From: the human T2T-CHM13v2.0 reference genome, Homo sapiens
Length of the DNA stretch: 64,000 nt
Reading direction: 5' to 3' (one strand)
Assembly (NCBI RefSeq): GCF_009914755.1
Contig: NC_060948.1
The notes below the pieces were generated by a model. The model did not search any database, was not told the DNA's origin, and saw only the letters and a program-made list of their open reading frames with translations. Of this stretch, positions 54,801-64,000 are shown one piece after another. How positions within the stretch are numbered: the first letter of the stretch is position 1; each line of letters opens with the position of its first letter. A program made the translations under genes and the position numbers.

Positions 54801-57800
54801 CTCCTTTGGAATGGTCTAGTATGGATGCAATCGACTGGCAGGGAATCAAAAGGAATGTAATCGAATGGATTGGACTGGAATACAATGGACTCGAATACAT
54901 TGGAAACGGAATGCAATGGAATGGAATGGAATAGTATGGAATGGAATGGAATGGAATGGAGTGGAATAGACTAGAGTGGAATGGAATGGACTCGAAAGCA
55001 ATGGACTGGAATGGAACGGTCTTGAATGGACTGGAATCAAACGGAATGGAATGGAATGCAATGCAATCAAATGGAATGGAATAAAATAGAATGAAAGAGA
55101 ATCAAATGGAATTGAATGGAATGGAATCGAATGGATTGGAAAGGAATAGAATGGAATGGAATGGAATTGACTCAAATGGAATGGACTAGAATGGAATGGA
55201 GTCGAATGGAAGGCAAAGGAATGGAATCTATTGGAATGGACTGTAATGGAATGGAATGGAAGGGATTGGAATGGACTCGAATGGAATGGACTGCAATAGA
55301 AAGGATTCGAATGGAATGAAAAAGAATTGAATGGAATAGAACAGAATGGAATCAAATCGAATGAAATGGAATGGAATAGAAAGGAATGGAATGAAATGGA
55401 ATGGAAAGGATTCGAATGGAATGCAATCGAATGGAATGGAATCGAACGGAATGGAATAAAATGGAGGCAAACTGGCTAGAAATGGAATCGAAATGAATGG
55501 AGTGTTATGGAACGGACTCCAAAGGAATTGAATGTAATAGAATGGAGTGGAGTGGACTCGAATATAATGGACTGGAATGGAATGGAATCACATGGAATGG
55601 GAACGAATGGAATGGAATGGAAAGGAATGGAATCGAATGGAAGGGAATGAAATTGAATCAACAGGAATTGAAGGGAATAGAATAGACTGTAATGGAATGG
55701 ACTCGAATAGAAAGGACACGAATGCTCAAATTGAATGGACTCGAATGGAATGGAAACGAAAGGAATGTCATCGAATGGAATTGAATCGATTGGAATGGAA
55801 TCGCATAGAATGGAGAGGAATCAAATGGAATTGAATCGAATGGAAAGGAACCGAATGGACTGAAATGAAATGGAATGGAATTGAATGGAAAGTAATGCAA
55901 TGCAATAGAATGGAACGAAATTTCACGGAATGGAATGAAACAGAATGGAATCAAATCAAAGGAATATAATGAAATGGAATGGAATGGAATGGAAAGGAAT
56001 TGAATGGAATAGTTTGGATTAGAAGGGATTGGAATGCAATGGAATGGAAAGGACTCGAATTTCATGAAACGGAATGGAATGAATTGGAATGGAATGGACT
56101 CGAATGGAATGGAATGTCATGGAATGGCATCAAATGGAATGGCATCAAATGGAATGGAATCGAATGCAATGGAATGTTATGGAATGGAATGGAATGTATT
56201 GGAATGGAATGTCCTCTAATGGAATGGATTCGAGTGGAATGGAATCGAATATAATGGAGTCGAATGAAATGGAATTGAAAGGAATGGGATCGAATAGAAT
56301 GGAATATACTGGAATGTAATGTAATGAAGTCGAATGTAATTGACTGGAATGGAATGTACATGAATGGAATGCCATCGAATGGAACAGAATCTAATGCAAT
56401 AAAACCGACTCAAATGGAATAGAATGTAATGGAATGGAGTGCAGTGCAATGGAATGGAATGGAATGGAATGGAATGGAGTGGAATGGAATGGGATGGAAT
56501 GGGATGGAATGGTATGGAACGGATAATAATGGTCTGGAGTGAAATGGACTGGAAAGGAATGGACTCAAATTGAAAGGGCTCGAAAGGAATGGGGTCAAAT
56601 GTAATGGTCTGGAATGGAATGAACTCGAATGTAATGCAATCCAATAGAATGGAATCGAGGAATGGAATATAAAGAAATGGAATCGAAGAGAATGGAAACA
56701 AATGGAATGGAATTGTACGGAATTGAATCGAATCGAATCGAATGTAATTGAACGGAAAAAATGCAACTGAATAGAATCGAAAACAATGGATTCGACTGGC
56801 ATCTAATAGAATGAAATGGAATGCGTTGAGGTGGAGTGGATTGTAATGGAGTTGAATGGAATGGGGTGTAATTGAATTGAATGGGGTGGAGTGGAGTGAA
56901 CTGGAGTGGAATGGAATGTAATGGGCAGGCATGGAATTGAAAGGCGTGGAGTGGAGTGGAATTGAGAGGAGTGGAATGGAGTAGGGTGGATTGTAGTGGA
57001 GAGTATTGGAAAAGAGTGGAGTGGAACGGAATGGAATGGAGTGGAGTGGAATGGAATGGAATTGAGTGAAGTGGAGTGGAGTGGAATGGAGAGTAATAGA
57101 GTGGAGTGGACTTGATTGGAGTAGATAGCAGTGCATTGGACTGTACGGGATAGAAGTGGCTTGGAGTGCCATGGAGTGGAGTGGAATGGACTGGAAAGGA
57201 ATGGAATGGAATGGATTTAAATGGCAGGGAATCAAATCGAATTGAATCATATTGGAACAAGTTGAATCGACTGGAGGAAAGAAATCGAATGAAATCGAAC
57301 GGAATGAATGGAAGAGAGTGCAATGTTATAGAATGGAATGGAGACAGATGGAATGGAATGGAACAGAGAGCAATGGTATAGAATGCAATGGAATCATATG
57401 GAATGGAATTGAATGGAATGGAATAATATGAAATGGAATGGAATGGAATGGAATGCCCTTGCATTAAATGGACTGGAATGGAATGGACTCGAACAGAGTG
57501 GAATGGAAAGCATTGAAATAGAATGGAATGGACTCCTTTGGAATGGTCTAGTATGGATGCAATCGACTGGCAGGGAATCAAAAGGAATGTAATCGAATGG
57601 ATTGGACTGGAATACAATGGACTCGAATACATTGGAAACGGAATGCAATGGAATGGAATGGAATAGTATGGAATGGAATGGAATGGAATGGAGTGGAATA
57701 GACTAGAGTGGAATGGAATGGACTCGAAAGCAATGGACTGGAATGGAACGGTCTTGAATGGACTGGAATCAAACGGAATGGAATGGAATGCAATGCAATC

Positions 57801-60800
57801 AAATGGAATGGAATAAAATAGAATGAAAGAGAATCAAATGGAATTGAATCGAATGGAATCGAATGGATTGGAAAGGAATAGAATGGAATGGAATGGAATT
57901 GACTCAAATGGAATGGACTAGAATGGAATGGAGTCGAATGGAAGGCAAAGGAATGGAATCTATTGGAATGGACTGTAATGGAATGGAATGGAAGGGATTG
58001 GAATGGACTCGAATGGAATGAACTGCAATAGAAAGGATTCGAATGGAATGAAAAAGAATTGAATGGAATAGAACAGAATGGAATCAAATCGAATGAAATG
58101 GAATGGAATAGAAAGGAATGGAATGAAATGGAATGGAAAGGATTCGAATGGAATGCAATCGAATGGAATGGAATCGAACGGAATGGAATAAAATGGAGGC
58201 AAACTGGCAAGAAATGGAATCGAAATGAATGGAGTGTCATGGAACGGACTCCAAAGGAATTGAATTTAATAGAATGGAGTGGAGTGGACTCGAATATAAT
58301 GGACTGGAATGGAATGGAATCACATGGAATGGGAACGAATGGAATGGAATGGAAAGGAATGGAATCGAATGGAAGGGAATGAAATTGAATCAACAGGAAT
58401 GGAAGGGAATAGAATAGACTGTAATGGAATGGACTCGAATAGAAAGGACACGAATGCTCAAATTGAATGGACTCAAATGGAATGGAAACGAAAGCAATGT
58501 CATCGAATGGAATTGAATCGATTGGAATGGAATCACATAGAATGGAGAGGAATGAAACGGAATTGAATCGAATGGAAAGGAACCGAATGGACTGAAATGA
58601 AATGGAATGGAATTGAATGCAAAGTAATGCAATGCAATAGAATGGAACGAAATTTCACGGAATGGAATGAAACAGAATGGAATCAAATCAATAGAATATA
58701 ATGAAATGGAATGGAATGGAATGGAAAGGAATTGAATGGAATAGATTGGATTGGAAGGGATTGGAATGCAATGGAATGGAAAGGACTCGAATTTCATGAA
58801 ACGGAATGGAATGAATTGGAATGGAATGGACTCGAATGGAATGGAATGTCATGGAATGGCATCAAATGGAATGGCATCAAATAGAATGGAATCGAATGCA
58901 GTGGAATGTTATGGAATGGAATGGAATGTATTGGAATGGAATGTCCTCTAATGGAATGGATTCGAGTGGAATGGAATCGAATATAATGGAGTCGAATGAA
59001 ATGGAATTGAAAGGAATGGGATCGAATAGAATGGAATATACTGGAATGTAATGTAATGAAGTCGAATGTAATTGACTGGAATGGAATGTACATGAATGGA
59101 ATGCCATCGAATGGAATAGAATCTAATGCAATAAAACCGACTCAAATGGAATAGAATGTAATGGAATGGAGTGCAGTGCAATGGAATGGAATGGAATGGA
59201 ATGGAATGGAATGGAATGGAATGGGATGGAATGGGAAGAAATGGTATGGAACGGATAATAATGGTCTGGAGTGAAATGGACTGGAAAGGAATGGACTCAA
59301 ATTGAAAGGGCTCGAAAGGAATGGGGTCAAATGTAATGGTCTGGAATGGAATGAACTCGAATGTAATGCAATCCAATAGAATGGAATCGAATGGAATGGA
59401 ATATAAAGAAATGGAATCGAAGAGAATGGAAACAAATGGAATGGAATTGTATGGAATTGAATCGAATCGAATCGAATGTAATTGAACGGAAAAAATGCAA
59501 CTGAATAGAATCGAAAACAATGGATTCGACTGGCATCTAATAGAATGAAATGGAATGCGTTGAGGTGGAGTGGATTGTAATGGAGTTGAATGGAATGGGG
59601 TGTAATTGAATTGAATGGGGTGGAGTGGAGTGAACTGGAGTGGAATGGAATGGAATGGGCAGGCATGGAATTGAAAGGCGTGGAGTGGAGTGGAATTGAG
59701 AGGAGTGGAATGGAGTAGGGTGGATTGTAGTGGAGAGTATTGGAAAAGAGTGGAGTGGAACGGAATGGAATGGAGTGGAGTGGAATGGAATGGAATTGAG
59801 TGAAGTGGAGTGGAGTGGAATGGAGAGTAATAGAGTGGAGTGGACTTGATTGGAGTAGATAGCAGTGCATTGGACTGTACGGGATAGAAGTGGCTTGGAG
59901 TGCCATGGAGTGGAGTGGAATGGACTGGAAAGGAATGGAATGGAATGGATTTAAATGGCAGGGAATCAAATCGAATTGAATCATATTGGAACAAGTTGAA
60001 TTGACTGGAGGAAAGAAATCGAATGAAATCGAACGGAATGAATGGAAGAGAGTGCAATGTTATAGAATGGAATGGAGACAGATGGAATGGAATGGAACAG
60101 AGAGCAATGGTATAGAATGCAATGGAATCATATGGAATGGAATTGAATGGAATGGAATAATATGAAATGGAATGGAATGGAATGGAATGCCCTTGCATTA
60201 AATGGACTGGAATGGAATGGACTCGAACAGAGTGGAATGGAAAGCATTGAAATAGAATGGAATGGACTCCTTTGGAATGGTCTAGTATGGATGCAATCGA
60301 CTGGCAGGGAATCAAAAGGAATGTAATCGAATGGATTGGACTGGAATACAATGGACTCGAATACATTGGAAACGGAATGCAATGGAATGGAATGGAATAG
60401 TATGGAATGGAATGGAATGGAATGGAGTGGAATAGACTAGAGTGGAATGGAATGGACTCGAAAGCAATGGACTGGAATGGAACGGTCTTGAATGGACTGG
60501 AATCAAACGGAATGGAATGGAATGCAATGCAATCAAATGGAATGGAATAAAATAGAATGAAAGAGAATCAAATGGAATTGAATCGAATGGAATCGAATGG
60601 ATTGGAAAGGAATAGAATGGAATGGAATGGAATTGACTCAAATGGAATGGACTAGAATGGAATGGAGTCGAATGGAAGGCAAAGGAATGGAATCTATTGG
60701 AATGGACTGTAATGGAATGGAATGGAAGGGATTGGAATGGACTCGAATGGAATGAACTGCAATAGAAAGGATTCGAATGGAATGAAAAAGAATTGAATGG

Positions 60801-61916
60801 AATAGAACAGAATGGAATCAAATCGAATGAAATGGAATGGAATAGAAAGGAATGGAATGAAATGGAATGGAAAGGATTCGAATGGAATGCAATCGAATGG
60901 AATGGAATCGAACGGAATGGAATAAAATGGAGGCAAACTGGCAAGAAATGGAATCGAAATGAATGGAGTGTCATGGAACGGACTCCAAAGGAATTGAATT
61001 TAATAGAATGGAGTGGAGTGGACTCGAATATAATGGACTGGAATGGAATGGAATCACATGGAATGGGAACGAATGGAATGGAATGGAAAGGAATGGAATC
61101 GAATGGAAGGGAATGAAATTGAATCAACAGGAATGGAAGGGAATAGAATAGACTGTAATGGAATGGACTCGAATAGAAAGGACACGAATGCTCAAATTGA
61201 ATGGACTCAAATGGAATGGAAACGAAAGCAATGTCATCGAATGGAATTGAATCGATTGGAATGGAATCACATAGAATGGAGAGGAATGAAACGGAATTGA
61301 ATCGAATGGAAAGGAACCGAATGGACTGAAATGAAATGGAATGGAATTGAATGCAAAGTAATGCAATGCAATAGAATGGAACGAAATTTCACGGAATGGA
61401 ATGAAACAGAATGGAATCAAATCAATAGAATATAATGAAATGGAATGGAATGGAATGGAAAGGAATTGAATGGAATAGATTGGATTGGAAGGGATTGGAA
61501 TGCAATGGAATGGAAAGGACTCGAATTTCATGAAACGGAATGGAATGAATTGGAATGGAATGGACTCGAATGGAATGGAATGTCATGGAATGGCATCAAA
61601 TGGAATGGCATCAAATAGAATGGAATCGAATGCAGTGGAATGTTATGGAATGGAATGGAATGTATTGGAATGGAATGTCCTCTAATGGAATGGATTCGAG
61701 TGGAATGGAATCGAATATAATGGAGTCGAATGAAATGGAATTGAAAGGAATGGGATCGAATAGAATGGAATATACTGGAATGTAATGTAATGAAGTCGAA
61801 TGTAATTGACTGGAATGGAATGTACATGAATGGAATGCAATCGAATGGAATAGAATCTAATGCAATAAAACCGACTCAAATGGAATAGAATGTAATGGAA
61901 TGGAGTGCAGTGCAAT

Positions 61917-61971
61917 GGAATGGAATGGAATGGAATGGAATGGAATGGAATGGAATGGAATGGAATGGAAT
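61917..61971 (+). repeat. Perfect (GGAAT)11 tract at a length-variable site of the right-array unit
   Basis: Counted directly. The homologous site has 8 copies at 36849 and 59183, 9 at 50953, and 10 at 48179 and 53712. Confidence 0.85.
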
Positions 61972-64000
61972 GGGATGGAATGGGATGAAATGGTATGGAA
62001 CGGATAATAATGGTCTGGAGTGAAATGGACTGGAAAGGAATGGACTCAAATTGAAAGGGCTCGAAAGGAATGGGGTCAAATGTAATGGTCTGGAATGGAA
62101 TGAACTCGAATGTAATGCAATCCAATAGAATGGAATCGAATGGAATGGAATATAAAGAAATGGAATCGAAGAGAATGGAAACAAATGGAATGGAATTGCA
62201 TGGAATTGAATCGAATCGAATCGAATGTAATTGAACGGAAAAAATGCAACTGAATAGAATCGAAAACAATGGATTCGACTGGCATCTAATAGAATGAAAT
62301 GGAATTCGTTGAGGTGGAGTGGATTGTAATGGAGTTGAATGGAATGGGGTGTAATTGAATTGAATGGGGTGGAGTGGAGTGAACTGGAGTGGAATGGAAT
62401 GGAATGGGCAGGCATGGAATTGAAAGGCGTGGAGTGGAGTGGAATTGAGAGGAGTGGAATGGAGTAGGGTGGATTGTAGTGGAGAGTATTGGAAAAGAGT
62501 AGAGTGGAACGGAATGGAATGGAGTGGAGTGGAATGGAATGGAATTGAGTGAAGTGGAGTGGAGTGGAATGGAGAGTAATGGAGTGGAGTGGACTTGATT
62601 GGAGTAGATAGCAGTGCATTGGACTGTACGGGATAGAAGTGGCTTGGAGTGCCATGGAGTGGAGTGGAATGGAATGGAATGGAGTGGAATGGACTGGAAA
62701 GGAATGGAATGGAATGGATTTAAATGGCAGGGAATCAAATCGAATTGAATCATATTGGAACAAGTTGAATCGACTGGAGGAAAGAAATCGAATGAAATCG
62801 AACGGAATGAATGGAAGAGAGTGCAATGTTATAGAATGGAATGGAGACAGATGGAATGGAATGGAACAGAGAGCAATGGTATAGAATGCAATGGAATCAT
62901 ATGGAATGGAATTGAATGGAATGGAATAATATGAAATGGAATGGAATGGAATGGAATGCCCTTGCATTAAATGGACTGGAATGGAATGGACTCGAACAGA
63001 GTGGAATGGAAAGCATTGAAATAGAATGGAATGGACTCCTTTGGAATGGTCTAGTATGGATGCAATCGACTGGCAGGGAATCAAAAGGAATGTAATCGAA
63101 TGGATTGGACTGGAATACAATGGACTCGAATAGATTGGAAACGGAATGCAATGGAATGGAATGGAATAGTATGGAATGGAATGGAATGGAATGGAGTGGA
63201 ATAGACTAGAGTGGAATGGAATGGACTCGAAAGCAATGGACTGGAATGGAACGGTCTTGAATGGACTGGAATCAAACGGAATGGAATGGAATGCAATGCA
63301 ATCAAATGGAATGGAATAAAATAGAATGAAAGAGAATCAAATGGAATTGAATCGAATGGAATCGAATGGATTGGAAAGGAATAGAATGGAATGGAATGGA
63401 ATTGACTCAAATGGAATGGACTAGAATGGAATGGAGTCGAATGGAAGGCAAAGGAATGGAATCTATTGGAATGGACTGTAATGGAATGGAATGGAAGGGA
63501 TTGGAATGGACTCGAATGGAATGGACTGCAATAGAAAGGATTCGAATGGAATGAAAAAGAATTTAATGGAATAGAACAGAATGGAATCAAATCGAATGAA
63601 ATGGAATGGAATAGAAAGGAATGGAATGAAATGGAATGGAAAGGATTCGAATGGAATGCAATCGAATGGAATGGAATCGAACGGAATGGAATAAAATGGA
63701 GGCAAACTGGCAAGAAATGGAATCGAAATGAATGGAGTGTTATGGAACGGACTCCAAAGGAATTTAATGTAATAGAATGGAGTGGAGTGGACTCGAATAT
63801 AATGGACTGGAATGGAATGGAATCACATGGAATGGGAACGAATGGAATGGAATGGAAAGGAATGGAATCGAATGGAAGGGAATGAAATTGAATCAACAGG
63901 AATGGAAGGGAATAGAATAGACTGTAATGCAATGGACTCGAATAGAAAGGACACGAATGCTCAAATTGAATGGACTCGAATGGAATGGAAACGAAAAGAA

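Larger units (their letters stand above)
1..64000 (+). repeat. Human Satellite 3 (HSat3)-type pentameric satellite, (GGAAT)n with GGAGT/CGAAT/GGACT/TGAAT variants
   Basis: Continuous 5-bp periodicity on every line, with GGAAT on + and CATTC on - across the whole window and no unique-sequence interruption. Long GGAAT runs are typical of HSat3 rather than HSat2. Confidence 0.98.
34666..64000 (+). repeat. Right array: ~2.75-kb chimeric HSat3 HOR; probably the ~2.7-kb repeat proximal to DYZ1 on human Yq12
   Basis: Marker GAAGAGAGTGCAA at 34947, 37736, 40775, 43554, 46307, 49081, 51840, 54579, 57311, 60045 and 62814. Unit lengths are 2789, 3039, 2779, 2753, 2774, 2759, 2739, 2732, 2734 and 2769 bp. 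Confidence 0.88.

Noticed and set aside
253-63932. Hundreds of ORFs up to 482 aa (FHSIP- and MEWNG-type repeats)
   Set aside because: They are direct translations of CATTC/GGAAT pentamers, which lack stop codons when perfect. They overlap in all frames, have no domain content, and their lengths vary at random between otherwise near-identical units.
1-64000. Heat-shock element arrays (nGAAn), inversions or transposon insertions
   Set aside because: GAA units are almost all head-to-tail rather than alternating inverted. No CATTC-strand block, Alu/L1 sequence, poly-A tail or target-site duplication was seen.
34947-64000. Non-coding transcript unit (SatIII- or DYZ1-type lncRNA)
   Set aside because: Such RNAs are known for this family, but no promoter, splice or end signal can be distinguished from satellite background using sequence alone.

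Overview
The whole 64-kb window is non-coding human-type Satellite 3 (HSat3): diverged GGAAT/CATTC pentamers with the G-rich strand on + throughout. I see no inversion, gene, RNA gene, transposon or CRISPR array, and all ORFs in the track are translations of the pentamer repeat. There are two adjacent arrays. (1) Positions 1 to ~34.67 kb are a GGAGT/GGAAT-mixed array of ~3.15-3.2 kb units in two alternating types, A and B, forming a 6.36-kb dimeric higher-order repeat (HOR). It has mosaic or short units at its left edge and traces of a 12.7-kb duplication. (2) Positions ~34.67-64 kb are an array of ~2.75-kb units (10 complete plus 1 partial). Each is a chimera of ~2.15 kb of GGAAT/GGACT-CGAAT sequence that I recognise from memory as DYZ1-like, and ~0.62 kb copied from the end of the left-array B unit. 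This layout matches what I recall of the human chrY Yq11/Yq12 transition (DYZ18-related ~3.1-kb repeat, then ~2.7-kb repeat, then DYZ1). That assignment is recollection and needs a BLAST check. The interest here is satellite architecture and evolution, not a protein-coding system.
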